DNA from: Lama glama
Taxonomy: Eukaryota
Assembly: GCA_028534125.1 (NCBI GenBank)
Contig: CM052816.1
Location: 93,064,001 to 93,128,000 of the forward strand
Reading direction: 5' to 3'
Length of the DNA stretch: 64,000 bases
In this document: positions 24,767-37,869 of the stretch, one piece after another
How the letters are laid out: each line of letters begins with the position of its first letter
How positions within the stretch are numbered: the stretch's first letter is position 1
The notes under the pieces: generated by a model
What the model was told of the DNA's origin: nothing
Seen by the model: the letters and a program-made list of their open reading frames with translations, nothing else
The model's database searches: none
Translations under genes and position numbers: made by a program

Positions 24767-26033
24767 GTATGAATAAAGATGTTGTTGCTTCAAAAATTAT
24801 TGGACAGTGAACAGATCAATGCGTGTGCATGTAGGTGGGTGGGTGGGGAGGGGGAAGGAAATCCTGAAGAGGTGGAGAAGAACTGACATCTGGAGAGAGT
24901 GGGTCAGGACCTGTGGTCCAGCCAGTGACCAAAAGGGCCTTTAAGAATAACTTTGGCATTTGTGGGGTTTAGCTTCCATAGATTTTGTGCCATCTACAGT
25001 AAGCCTGCGTTAGTGATTGCTTGGGGTAGAGGATGGTGGGTGCAAAACCATGATAGATGACCACCTAGATCAGGCATGAGTGGGAGAGAAAGGATGGATT
25101 CCATGAGACCAATGATGATGTAACACTCACTGCTCTCCAGGGAATACTGAGAGCTTTTGGGACCTGTTGGGATATTGGGAGGGAGGAAGGTACTATGCTT
25201 TCTAAAGGATGTAGAATGGGGAAGTTGAGTAAATTTTATCCAGAAAGGGGCAGGATGATTCTAGCTAACCTCTGAGATACATATATATATATAGCGATCA
25301 TGCAGGCCATACTAAATGCAGGTTGAACCAACTTAAATAGTTATTCGACTGAAAAAAGCAGTGCTTTCACGTGGTTCCACTTCATACTGTGGTAGAGGTA
25401 TTAAAAAAAGATCCAGTGTGGAGGAGGGCCTGAGATCTGAATTTAGAGATTCACAGGGCCAGGTGCACCTGTACCAGGAGGAAAATGTTCTTATCGAATG
25501 TCGAAGTCCTTGTGGGTTGTGTGTGTTGAAAAATATACTGGGTTTCTCTGTCACATCAAAATCCAATGCATATCCTTTCCTACGCCTCTCTTCCCTTCAT
25601 TCTGAAAATGAATCTGTGTTTTTGCCGTTGCACTTGCTGACTATAAGGATTTGGGAGGTAAGGACATGAGAGTTTTTCCTCTGGTTAGTTTCAAAAAAGA
25701 ACGTGATAGATTAGAACTTACCCCTCCCTTAAATCAGTTCTTTTGAAGCCCCCCACTTTCTTTGGCTTCGTGAGTTGACTCTTCAATTTCCCAAGTTCCG
25801 TATTTATCCCCAAATTCCGTGATATTAGATCTCTCTCTTTCCCTCTCTAGTTTACTGTTTTTATTTTTTCGACCCAAAATTTGACATCAGAGCCAATCAT
25901 TTCTACCTGTGTGCTCAGGGTCTGGGGAGGTTCGGGCAGCATGTCAGGTCCTTCATGCATCTTTCTCAGGGAGCAGGGTAGGTTAGGTTAGAGGATCCTC
26001 TAAGATCCTTCTCAGCCTGTCAATCAACCCAAA

Positions 26034-26077
26034 GTGTGTGTGCGTGTGTGTGCGTGTGCATGCGTGCGTGCATGTGT
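26034..26077. repeat. Alternating purine-pyrimidine (TG/CG/CA) tract, 44 bp
   Basis: gtgtgtgtgcgtgtgtgtgcgtgtgcatgcgtgcgtgcatgtgt. Confidence 0.9.
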
Positions 26078-26116
26078 TAAAATAGCATCATCTTATTTAA
26101 CTTTCATTTTAATTAG

Positions 26117-26254
26117 GTGAACCTTCAAAAGTGCGACATATTGGAACTGAAAACCTTAAAGGAACCGATCGACTACCTGGCTCTGGCTAATAACCCTGAG
26201 ACTTTGGAAAGAATAGAAGGCTGTATGAAAGTATGGATCAAGCAGGCAGAACAG
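26117..26254 (+). CDS. DNAH5: DNAH5 exon 6 (138 bp)
   Basis: tag|[20 protein letters not shown]...WIKQAEQ; donor CAG|gtaagt. Confidence 0.96.
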
Positions 26255-26982
26255 GTAAGTTTCAGCAACCAAGCACCAGAAACTAGCTGTCTTAACACCG
26301 ACTAGTTCAGATGCCACGTTACTGAGCCAGCCAGTGGAAGAAGGTCTATCACATCCCGTTCCTATTTGCCTCAGTATTTTACCACAAGTCCCTAAAAAGG
26401 GGAAAGGGTCAGTGCAATTTTAATTCATAGGCATTAGTTAAGAAGAGATAAGAAGAATTCTAGGAGATGAAAATAAATGGCTTTATATTCTTATATATCT
26501 GAAAGACTGTCCTTGGCTGATTATTTTCTTGAAGTGTAAGTTACTTTGGAGCGAAGTACAAGGAGCTTTCTAGTTCAGTGTGTCCTCCAAAACAAAGCTT
26601 GAGACTTAGCCTTTAAAAAATATTTTCAGAGAAATTCCAAGTGAGAGTGGACATTACATCAGTAAGCACAGTGGAAATTGACCAACTGAAGAAATGGGGG
26701 CTCCAAGGCTGTAAGTGAATAGCCAAGGAAACTTTCTCAGGTCAGGCCTTTCAAAAGTTCGTTAAAGCTCCTTAAACAGGTTGTTTTCAGTTAGAATGTT
26801 GAAATTTAAAAAGTGGATACATGTTAGGTTAGTAAAAGCCTGTCATGCGAAGCATGCAAATGAATACAAATATATCCTGGTTCAGATAGCATCATTTACT
26901 TATTTCCTTTTGTTTTTCTTATGTATCACTTCCGTATCTCCAACCCTGCTCCTTGGTTCATGATTCTCCTGTGCCTTTACAG

Positions 26983-27159
26983 GTTCTTGCTGAAAACAAC
27001 CAGCTGCGGAAGGAAGCAGATGACCTTGGGCCGCGAGCAGAGTTGGAGCACTGGAAAAAAAGACTATCTAAATTTAACTACCTTTTGGATCAATTGAAGA
27101 GCCCAGATGTGAAGGCTGTGTTGGCAGTGCTTGCTGCTGCCAAGTCGAAACTTCTGAAG
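26983..27159 (+). CDS. DNAH5: DNAH5 exon 7 (177 bp)
   Basis: cag|[30 protein letters not shown]...KSKLLK; donor AAG|gttgct. Confidence 0.95.
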
Positions 27160-27318
27160 GTTGCTTTTTGCTTTGTGAAGTAGGGATGAAAATTCTCTAT
27201 GCAGAGCCCGTAGGGTAGTTAGGAACAGAAAAATGTTATTCTGCCTTTATGAAAAAAACTCTTAAGATTGGATAATATTGCCCTTTTATAATTTTGGATG
27301 CTATGGAAATAGACTTTT

Positions 27319-27468
27319 AAAATTTATTTAGTTTTGTGGTATGTTTTTTAAAAATTATATTATTTATTTCATTTTGGCAGAGGGGGAGGTAATAAGGTTC
27401 ATTTATTTTTAGAGGAGGTACTGGGGGTTGAACCCAGGACCTTGTGAATGCTAGGCATGCGCTTCACC
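27319..27468 (-). mobile_element. Vic-1-type SINE, 5'-truncated
   Basis: GGAGGTACTGGGGGTTGAACCCAGGACC on +, T-rich tail on the left, TSD ATGGAAATAG(A/C)CTTT. Confidence 0.85.
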
Positions 27469-27664
27469 ATGGAAATAGCCTTTGAATGAAAGGTATTCGT
27501 TGGCTGGTGTAAAAGTATGTATATATGTTATTAGAGGGCATTGCAAGTCATTAAGATGTAACATAATGACATGACTGTATATATATTATGAATTCAGACC
27601 AACAAGGAGTAGTAGTAATGAACTTACCTTATTTTGTTTAAACACTAGTTTATTTCCTTTTTAA

Positions 27665-27741
27665 TTCTTATTTTTTATTGAAGTATAGTTGATTTAAAGT
27701 GTTAGTTTCATGTGTACAGCAAAGCAATTGAGTTATACATT
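27665..27741 (-). mobile_element. Short L1 3' end
   Basis: TTTTTTATTGAAGTATAGTTGATTT...TGTTAGTTTCATGTGTACAGCAAAG. Confidence 0.7.
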
Positions 27742-27743
27742 AG

Positions 27744-28010
27744 TGTATTTGTTCTCTGTCCAGTGTAACAAACTACTCTAAAACTTAGCAACCTGAAACA
27801 ACGAACATTTATTATCTCAAGGTCTGTGGGCCAGGAAGAGATCTGGGTGCGGCTTAGCTGGGAGCATCTGACTCAGAATCTCTCCTGAGATTGCAGGGAG
27901 GATGTTGACTCGTCTGAAGGTCAGACTGGGGAGGATCTGCTTCCAAGTTGCTCATGTGGTAGTTGTAGGATTCAGTTCCTTGCTGGCTGCCCAGAGGTTT
28001 CTTTCAGTTC
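27744..28010. mobile_element. MaLR (MLT1-type) LTR fragment
   Basis: TGTAACAAACTACTCTAAAACTTAGC...ACATTTATTATCTCA...GGCTTAGCTGGG...GGAGGATCTGCTTCCAAG. Confidence 0.75.
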
Positions 28011-28360
28011 TTTACTATAGAAAATACGGGAATGAGGTGCCATTTGGATCCAGCAGCCATTGGAGGAGAGGAGGTACAGGTTTAAATGGAGGAGTTGCCC
28101 CTTGATGCTCTGTCTTAGCAATTCAATAGATTTCATAAGAGATGACCTGGAAGAGATACGGTCAAAAATTTAGCCAAAATTAAAACATTGCTCTTCAGTG
28201 TGGTCATGCCCTTCACCACTCTGGATTCAGTTTCATGTGAGACGGACAGGACAGACTGAGAGTCTGACCCTCAGGGCTTGTGATGACGTTTAGCAGCTGT
28301 TGTATTGGAAGTTTCTGTATCAATAATTGCATTAACATTGCTTTGCTGTCTTGTGCTTAG

Positions 28361-28474
28361 ACTTGGCGGGAGATGGATATTCGAATTACTGATGCAGCTA
28401 ATGAAGCAAAGGACAACGTCAAATATTTGTACACGCTTGAGAAGTGCTGCGACCCCTTGTACAGTAGTGACCCT
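28361..28474 (+). CDS. DNAH5: DNAH5 exon 8 (114 bp)
   Basis: tag|[41 protein letters not shown]; donor CCT|gtgagt. Confidence 0.96.
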
Positions 28475-29123
28475 GTGAGTTAGAGATTTCTATCCCCTTG
28501 GTCTACTGATGACCCTTTTACACTAGCTGACTTGAGTGTGGAGTTTTTGGTTTGTAAATAGTATAGTCTGTTGGGAAAGTCTTAGAAACATCTGTTCATT
28601 CTCAAGAGAGTTTATATGTGTGTGTGTGTGCACACACACATCTATTTCTATGTATTTATGTATCTCTATCAATCTATCATCTATTTATCTATCTAAGATG
28701 GATACTCAACGTTATATTTTAAAAACATTTATTGCACAGTCCATTTTCCATTAAATATTGCAATTGACATTCTGGACTAAACTCAAACAACTGTGGGAAG
28801 AGTCATCAGCTTTTTTTTTTCAATCATGTAACTCTAGGGGGTGCCTGTTTTTTTTTTATTACTGTTAACACAGCCTCCTTGCTATTAATAGAAAGTTAGT
28901 GTTTCTTGCATTGAAGCAAAGCTTACTTGTCTATGACTAAAGGGTAAAAATAAAATTACCTCTAAATATATTATATTTATGTAAAATGTTAGATAATATT
29001 TTAAAAATTTAAATAAAAATCTTTTGCCTAAATTTTATCCTAATGCAGATGGAATGATCAGCCTATCAGAATTTTGCTGAATTTGATACCTGTTTTCCTG
29101 AAAACTTCTGTGCTGTCTTCCAG

Positions 29124-29231
29124 ATATCCATGACTGATGCTATTCCTACACTTATAAATGCAATTAAAATGATCTACAGTATCTCTCATTACTATAACAC
29201 CTCTGAGAAGATCACGTCTCTGTTTGTAAAG
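29124..29231 (+). CDS. DNAH5: DNAH5 exon 9 (108 bp)
   Basis: cag|[39 protein letters not shown]; donor AAG|gtaagt. Confidence 0.96.
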
Positions 29232-30769
29232 GTAAGTGCATAACATTATATTTCTTTGCTAATGGTTAATTTTTTGACAGTTAGAAATTACCAGATTGGC
29301 ACAATCCAATGTCTATGTACCCCACAATTTTTAAAAAAGCTGAATCTCTCAAAAGAGCTAGAAGTAAGTGTATATGGGAGGCTGATTCTAGCAAAGCATG
29401 AAACAAACACCATTTCCCAAAGTAATTATTATAATAAATATTGTATTATTTATATAATAAAAATGAAAAAAGATTCTTCTTGAAATTTCTTTCCCTATGT
29501 TATTTAGTACATTATTTATTCCTACTGGGTAAATTTTAATTAAGAGAAACTATATTTAACTGGCTATCTTCAGTTTCATATTTTATGTGCCACAGTTCCA
29601 AATTTATCTGATGCCACAGTTGTTTACCTGGTGTTATTAGAACAGTAATCATGGTAATAAAAGCCACTTGGAACGTTCCAGTAATCCATAAAGCAATTAT
29701 AATGATTCTGCCAAAAAGCATAATGCTGTTTAAACCTTATGTCCTAACTTGTAAGTGTTTATTGGTGAGCACGTTGCCTTTCCCATTTTGAACAGTCTCT
29801 AAGAAGAAAATGGCTTTTTCATTATCAAGGCGAAAATTTTGAATGTTGTCTTCAAATAGAGGCATTTTCAGCTCTTCAGGACTTGTGTGGTAAACACTGA
29901 TGCAGTGGGAGGCAGGATTCTTCCTGGGAATAGGGACATCTAGCTTGGAGAGCTTGACGGAAACTTCCTTTTGCTCCCATGTTCAGGTAGAAAGGAGGAC
30001 AGTCCGCAGGATCCTTTCCCACCTTTTTCACACTTTAACATTACATTAGGGTCATGAGGCCTGTTCTCTGACTAGAAGCCTCAAAAGTCAAGTTGTGTTA
30101 TTATTCCAGGTTTCACGCATGTTATTGGCAAGTCTTGTTTTAGAAGAAAATCGTGAAACCACCATTTATCTCATTTTCAAAAACCTTTCATTATGGAAAA
30201 ATTGAAGCAGGTACAAAAGGAAACAGAACTGTATACCGAACCCCCATGTACACATCACCCAGATTCATTCGCTATCAACACGTGGCCAATCTTGTTTCAC
30301 TTAACCTTTGTGCCGCAAGTCCCAGACATTGTGTCGTTCCAAACGTACAGCACAGGCATCTAATTTTCCTTTGAATTTACAAACAAAATGACCACAAAAA
30401 TTCTGACGATTTTTTTTTAAAGTTTGAAGGAATAAATAAAATGTTAGGGGTCACATATGTTATCTTTACCCTTTTGTCTATTGCCTTCTCCTTTTGACAT
30501 TTCTGCTGTCGATCACGGTGTCATGAAACGAACTGGGTAGTTCATGGCACTTGGAAACTGTTGAGTTGGATGTGAGAGCAGGCTGAAGGAGACTGGGGAG
30601 GCTCTCAACAGCTTTTAGGTAGGGAAGGGAGTCCCCTCTCTTGGTTGGTTAAGACATTCATTATGCATAAACACATTCATCTGAATGATTGATTTTCCAT
30701 AGTGCTTCTAACTGTGATTTTACAAATGATTTTGATGCTATACATGTAGAATTAAAAAAAATTGAACAA

Positions 30770-31122
30770 ATAGAAGCATGGGGTAGAAGGGTGGTTACCA
30801 GAGGCTGAGGAGTGTTGAGAAATGGGGAGATGTTGTCAAGGGCTACAGACTTTCAGTTATAAGATGACTAAGTTCTGGGGATCTAGTTTTCTACATGGTG
30901 ACTGTGGTTAATACCGCACTATATCCCTGAAAGAGATAAGAGAATGGATCTTAAGGTTTTTCCCTGCACATGCACACAAAATGGTAATCATGCGAGGTGA
31001 TGGATGCGTTAGCACTGGGTTGTGCTAATCATTTCACCTCATGTGTATATACCACGCATCATGCTGTACATCTTAAAGGTACACACATTGCATCAATTAT
31101 ACTTCAATAAAGCTGGAAAAAA
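30770..31122 (+). mobile_element. Old L1 3' end
   Basis: GGTGGTTACCAGAGGCTG, CTTTCAGTTATAAGATGA, ends CAATTATACTTCAATAAAGCTGGAAAAA. Confidence 0.85.
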
Positions 31123-31284
31123 TGGGCTACTGCTTGATTATAGATGTGGTGGACAAAAGTAAATCCAAAGTTCAGGTTCACAGATGGTTCACTCTGAGAG
31201 GTGGAAGAGGTCAGGACCCTCTAGCCCAATTTATGATCAATGGCTGCATAGTGTACTTGACGTCATTTGTTTGGGAAATTCCAG

Positions 31285-31407
31285 GTGACCAATCAGATGG
31301 TATCCGCATGTAAAGCGTATATCACCAACAATGGAACCGCTTCGATCTGGAGCCAGCCACAGGACGTCGTTGTGGAGAAAATACTGTCTGCAATTAAACT
31401 GAAGCAG
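31285..31407 (+). CDS. DNAH5: DNAH5 exon 10 (123 bp)
   Basis: cag|[25 protein letters not shown]...IKLKQ; donor CAG|gtaacg. Confidence 0.96.
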
Positions 31408-31939
31408 GTAACGGCCAGCTTAATGATGTCTTTGGATAATGTTGTATTAGTTTCATATTGTTTTCACCAGTGCGTCTTAATCATATAGCTGATCGTGTTG
31501 GTCGTTGCTAAAAAGAGCAGCAGTTCTTTACTGTTAAGGAAAATTGAATGTTAATAAATCTGCCCCCCAGATTTAATCACTTACTCTACCCTTTTTGGGG
31601 GCCTACTGTGTCCTGACACCACACGAAATACTAGAGATACAAGGATGAGGTGGTTTTCCTTAAGCTTCTCGTAGACTCACAGGGAAATAGACAGTTCGGC
31701 TTATACCGAGATGCAGGTGGAAAGGCTGCATCCTTGAGTTGCATCATGAGCAATTCGGAGCTTGCCAGGTTGGAGGCTGGGAAGAGATGCTGTCCCACGC
31801 TGATGAATGAGTAGTGACAAAGGCATGAAACTAAAAGGATTCACAATTCCACCCTAAATTTGCCGTCACCTTCACATTAGAGAATAAGGTTGAGATCTTT
31901 GTTATGTTCCCATCCTTATATTTTGGTCTTTACTTTAAG

Positions 31940-32155
31940 GAATACCAGCACTGCTTTCACAAGACAAAACAAAAGCTTAAACAAGATCCAAATGAAAAAC
32001 AATTTGAGTTTAGTGAGATGTATATTTTTGGAAAATTTGAAACTTTCCATAGACGTCTTGCCAAGATAATGGACATCTTTACAACCTTCAAGACGTATTC
32101 AGTTCTGCAAGATTCTAGAATCGAAGGCCTAGAAGATTTGGTGACTAAGTATCAG
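31940..32155 (+). CDS. DNAH5: DNAH5 exon 11 (216 bp)
   Basis: aag|[18 protein letters not shown]...[17 protein letters not shown]...TKYQ; donor CAG|gtactg. Confidence 0.96.
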
Positions 32156-33349
32156 GTACTGTACCTCAAAACTAAATTTGCTACCCTTTTCCACAAATAA
32201 ACCTTTAATATTTTATGCAAATAACCATAGTTATAATGCTTCCAGCCATCAGTCTCTAATGTAAAAGATAAGCTCATGGCCCTTAAACAATAAAGAAGTT
32301 AAATTCATTTGAGAATTGTGTAATGGTGCTAATATATTCTTTTCAGGTATGTGATTAAGAGAATGACTTTCCAGTAGTCTAAAATTAATCATCATTAGTT
32401 AAAGCATTTTCATTAGTAGCACAAGAAAAATGTTTCAATATAACATAATATTTTATTTATTCATGCAAGAATTATTTAATCAAGCATAAACTGTGTCAGG
32501 CTCTAGTTGACACTGAGTTCTGAGTAGTATCTGACTATCTTTGCATTTAAGCGTTTTATATAGACCCATGTTAAAATATAATAGTGACTGAATTTTATTT
32601 TAGCTTTGCCATTCCTAATTATTTTGATTTTTGACAGTTTTATCTTGTAAAGGTATGTGCATAACTAATACTGTATTTTAAAGTGGGTACAATGATCTAA
32701 TAATGTTCTGAAGGTTTTTAAAAAACAATTTATAAACAAGATGTGGTTTAAACTCTTAATGTGCGTATTATCAGTTTTTTCTTGTTTGGGAACAGTGACA
32801 CTAAAACTTAAATATCTTTTATACTTGAATTTGAAAAGGATTATATAATTTACTGTCACACATTAATTTTTTTTCCTACTCTAACAGTTTAGGTCAATAT
32901 AAGAAATCCTTTTCCTTTCCTGAGTATATCAGGTTTGGAGAGAGAAAAAGAAAAAACCTTTTTTACATAGCAGGAAATATTTTAGGTGAGCTGTGTGTAA
33001 TCTGCAATGTGGGTTAACAATACTTTGAAACTGACAGTTTTGCAAGACAAAGATGGAATATGTCCATTTATTTTTCAGTATGGAATCTAATTACTTATTT
33101 TTTATTTTTTAATGAAAAAATAACTTTGGAGTATATTTCAAAGTTTTTTTTTGAGGGAGAAATTGAACTGTACATCTAAATGCAGATAAAGACTGTTCTA
33201 ACCTGATAAAAATACTGGGAAGAAAAATTGCTTTCCAAATCTAAAGTGAAATACTGATTAAAATGGATGTACCAGAAAGTAGTGAGATAAAATGCAGATG
33301 GTGCATGAAAGTGTAAGGTGAGATTTTCTTGTATTAGAACCAATGTAAG

Positions 33350-33820
33350 AAGCCCAAAATGGTGACCATGGATATGAAACTTAGGACCCTTGTGTGGCTG
33401 CCAGGGCCCCATCCCCTGCTCCAGCCTCCTCACCTGCTCCTCCTCGCTGCATTCCGTGTTCTCCAGGTACAGAACAGGCCGCCTGAATCCACCTTGGGGC
33501 TTTTTATCTGGAAGGTTCTGCCTCTGGACCATCACCTGGTTATTTCCTCCGTGGCCTCCAGATCTTGATTTAAATGACCTTCTCAGTTACGTTTTCCTGA
33601 ATCTCTGTTTCACCTCCATCCCTCTATATCATGTTACTTATGTTATCACTTATGTCTGAAATTATCCTGCCCATTTACTTGTGACTTCTGTAGATTCTGA
33701 TCCCTTCTCCCCAACCGAGGATGTAAGTTCCAGAATAAGGTTTCTTTGTTCTGTTCATTCCTGTATCTTCAGAATTTACTGGCATATGATAGGTGTGCAA
33801 TAAATTTGTCAGGTAAATGG
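33350..33820 (+). mobile_element. L2 3' fragment
   Basis: GATGTAAGTTCCAGAA...TGTTCTGTTCATTCCTGTATCTTCAG...CTGGCATATGATAGGTGTGCAATAAAT. Confidence 0.6.
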
Positions 33821-34895
33821 TTCAATAGATTGAGTTTGATCAGTTGATTTAAAGGTCATGGTTTATCAGTTTATTTACTTAACTTAATGCTCTTAAATGA
33901 CCATTAAATTCCATTATAGAGCAGAATTTTCCAAGGGCTCCACATCTTTTAAAATGCCACTTTCAAATGTAGGAATAGACCTAACTTTGTGGTTATACAG
34001 CATGAAAGAGGAGGCCGTTTTGTCTAGTCAGCTTGATTCAAGAAGTTATGCATCTCAGACACTTCGGTCTACTGAGGGATTTGAACTGATGTTTAAATGG
34101 AAATGACTTTGAAGAGGAGTTGGTGGAAGGAGGCCCAACATTCTTCATAAAAATTATATGCCTGTGTCAACAGTGTGGGCACCCAGGTTTGAGAAAGGCT
34201 TAGGACCTGGTGAAGAACGATCACAGAGCATCATAGCTCATTATTCAGAACAAACAAAGCTTCAGATAATAGTATTTTCAAGAAGATGAGTTACCTAATC
34301 TGTACTGTTATAGTCACAGACTGTGGCTTTGCAGGGCAGAAGGAAGCAATTAATTCTAGAGATTCTTTAAATGGTAGATTGTGGTTTGATATTTTATTTA
34401 AGACATTTGAGGCTTGGAAGATAGTTTTTCATCTGTAGCTATTATAACATAACTGTTTTCTTCCTAATTGTTTGTGTTCTGTAAAACACAAAGTCTTCCT
34501 GAGAAGACTTAAACTTTTCAATGCAAAGTATTTTAGTAAAGTCTACTTTGGGCTTTTTTTTTTTTATTATTTCAGATGCAATTAGTAAGAATTTTTTAGA
34601 CAAAACATCTTTCCTGCTGTTCAGATGTAGTTTCTGTTTTATATTTTTCTTCAAAAATACATAAAGCCTCAGAAAAATGCTTTCCAAATGATTCAGTGAT
34701 TTCTTTGAATGCACCAGGTAATAGAGTAATGCTCCTAATATGCATGAAGCAACGAGAATAATTAAAGAAAAAAAGGCTCCTTTATTGCTTTGGATTTTTA
34801 GGCATGACTGTATAGGTTCTATATTTAAAGGTCGTATTTACTTAAGTAATGCAAGAAGATTGAAGTATTGTCTTATTTCTTTCATAACATTTCAG

Positions 34896-35003
34896 GGTAT
34901 TGTTGCCACCATAAAGAAAAAGGAATATAATTTCTTAGACCAGCGGAAAATGGATTTCGAGCAGGATTATGAAGAGTTTTGCAAGCAGACTAATGACCTT
35001 CAT
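34896..35003 (+). CDS. DNAH5: DNAH5 exon 12 (108 bp)
   Basis: cag|[39 protein letters not shown]; donor CAT|gtaggt. Confidence 0.96.
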
Positions 35004-37307
35004 GTAGGTTGTATAATACAGTTCCCCGTTGACAGTCTGGTGTTTATTTTTTCCATTCTTTGCAATGCTGCTAGTCATTACCCATTCAGAAGGGAGAAGC
35101 GTCTTCATCGTGGAGGTGACCGATAGCAAGCTCAGCCTGCATTTTGTGATTTTGGATTAATAATTGAAGGCTCTTTTTCATAGATTAAAAGGTCATAAAG
35201 ATAGCTTTGGATAACAATCTGTAATCACAGACTTCTGCATGTGTTTCATCTTAGATCTTAGAGAATTAACTTTTATCTTCTGTTGAAACACAGTGTTATT
35301 AGAATACAGAAATTTGTTTCTGCTTGCTTCTTGCTTTAGAGCAATGATTATGACCAGGGGTAGCTCAAGCTAGTGGTCAGTGATGTTTGGCCAATCCGAA
35401 AGCCTGGGCTACATCTGGCCTTGGGACAGTGGTACCAGGACCCACTCAGCACCTGGACCCCTCTTGATGTTCAGGCCCCATCCTCTCTAGAATGAGATTT
35501 ATTGCAATTAAATGTGCATTTACTGTACATTAATTATGTATTGGGCTTCTATGCTGTAGGTTATGAATACAGAAATAAATCATAATCAGTCAATCAAGCA
35601 ATCATTGATTTGCCCTCAAAGCTCATATCAGACATGGGCTATGATTGAAATATAAGTATATAGATGTTAGAACAGTGTAATGAATGTATCATTAAAAAAG
35701 GATAAATAGTGGCTAAAATGACTAATTATAAAAGTATAATATTCTGATATGCTATTAGGAAGTGAGGATTCAAAGGTAAAAAGACATATTCCAAAGAAAG
35801 AAGGAAACTTACAGGGAGGACAGACCTGCAAAAAATCACACAGACTGAGACTTGCTACAGCCCATAAGACGGGGTGTGGAGTGAGTTGCGTACTTTTGCT
35901 TGACTGGGGTTGGGAAGAGCTTCAGAGAGGAGCCTCGTCTGTGCTAGAACCCTGTTTATGTTTTCCAAGTAAATGGAGGGGGAATGAGAGGAAGGCGGAG
36001 GCTTTTTCAAGGTGGTGCCCACTGTTCATAATACTGAGAATAAAATTTTATGAATGTTTTACAGCCTGGTTTTTAAGTATTAGTCATAGATTAGTTCCTA
36101 AAAACTAATTTTTAGAAATCTAACACTGTTATTCATCTTGTCTTCCATTTCAAAAATGGTCAACTTCTCTCTTTGGTTTGCTGACCAGTTTTCCTCTGAC
36201 TTCTTTGTCCCTTTCTCCATCTACTGTCTCTTAACTTACCTTTTTATACTCTCTCCTTTAAATAACCCGCCTATTTGCATGAATTCAGCCCTTGTCCCTA
36301 TAAAACTGGGTGAAAATACTGGCCTTCCCGTGACTCTGAATTTAGTGAGTGGGGGTGATGAGTCTTGGAGATGGAATGGAGAGGACCAGTAACTGTGGCA
36401 TCTCCGAGATGTGAGACCAGACAGTGTGTGTGTTGGCAGGACAGGTACATGAGTGATTTGGATCAGGGTTGTGTCCAGGGATCCACTGTCAAGGGGATCA
36501 GAGCCTAGGATCCTGTCCAGATTTAGGGCTCATGCTGGTACTGATAGACCAAAGAGAGGCAGGGCATTGGGACCAGGTGGGCTGTTGAAAGTCTAGAAGC
36601 ATTCTGTCTCCAGCAGGCAAAGTAAGGCACTATTTAATAAGGACCAGCTGCTGAGGTGACAAACTGAGTTAAGGGAAAACTGAGTAGGACCTGAGAGCCC
36701 AGAACTGAGAGACCTAGAAGATTCCACTACAGACTTCGAAAGACTCTAAGAAGGGACCTGTGGTCCAGAGAGAAAAGAAGACTAATTCGAGGTCTTGGGT
36801 GTTCATGAGGAACTCATTGTCAGCCTTTGCAAAACCATAGGTTAGAAAAGCAAGGAAAACCAGCCAGGTCTAAGAGTTAGGGCTCAGTAAAGACTTACTG
36901 TGTCTGAAGTTAGAGGGAGGGAATGGAATAAATGCTCTAGCTCTGCCTAGTTTATAACCAAAGATTTTTCTCTGAAAGTCGAGTGTTTATTTAGGTAGGC
37001 TCACTGTAATGTTCTTTAGTGCAGGAAGATTTCTTGATCCTAGGATGTGCTGTTTGCAGAAATATCTGGTCCAGCGCCCCTAGACAAGTGCCAACCCTCA
37101 TGACCGCTCTGACTTACAAGTTCCTCTTTGTTCCAGTTTCTGGACATTTATTTTTCTTTAAGCTTAGATGAGTATCACATTTTCTGTTATATTTTGTCCT
37201 ATGATGTCTGCATTTGTAGAGAACGGGGAGCTCTTTTATCTTACAGCGAAATAGGATTTTTCACAATGCTAATTCTTTGTGCATAATCAGACTTTATCCT
37301 ATTTTAG

Positions 37308-37393
37308 AATAAGTTGCAGAAGTTCATGGATGTTACGTTTGAAAAGATTCAAAACACCAATCAAGCTCTAAGTATGCTAAAGAAATTTGAAAG
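37308..37393 (+). CDS. DNAH5: DNAH5 exon 13 (86 bp)
   Basis: tag|AAT; NKLQKFMDVTFEKIQNTNQALSMLKKFE; donor AG|gtaaaa. Confidence 0.95.
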
Positions 37394-37869
37394 GTAAAAA
37401 TTTGTAAGATTTTTCTAAATTCTGTTTTCTAAAATTGTGGGTAATATAAACATAGTTTAGTTTATGTCATTATGTTATTATTTCATATTTTAATGGAAAG
37501 ATAATCCTCTCTTGACAATCTGAATAACAAGGTCAAGGTTTTTAAGTTCTTCAGAGGATTAAGAGTTTATTTCCTCTCAGCTTTGAAGTATCTTGTGACT
37601 GCCTGTCATAATATTATTTAATGTTTAGGTAAGTTGAAAAAACTTTTACCAATAGTTTTAACTATATTTTAAGGATTGATACTATTTTTAAAAAAAAACA
37701 CTCTGCTGCGATATGATTGATGGATTGACTCCATTTTGATTTTTTTAGTAGGCCAAATAAATATTTCATTCTCTTCCATCAGCATGTGTTTTAAAACAAA
37801 TTTTTAATAAACAAGATTTCTGGATATCATCCCATTAATTCAAGCCTTTCACTTTAAAAAAAAAATCAG

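Noticed and set aside
28615..28641. (TG)n(CA)n hairpin-like palindrome
   Set aside because: Common consequence of adjacent microsatellites
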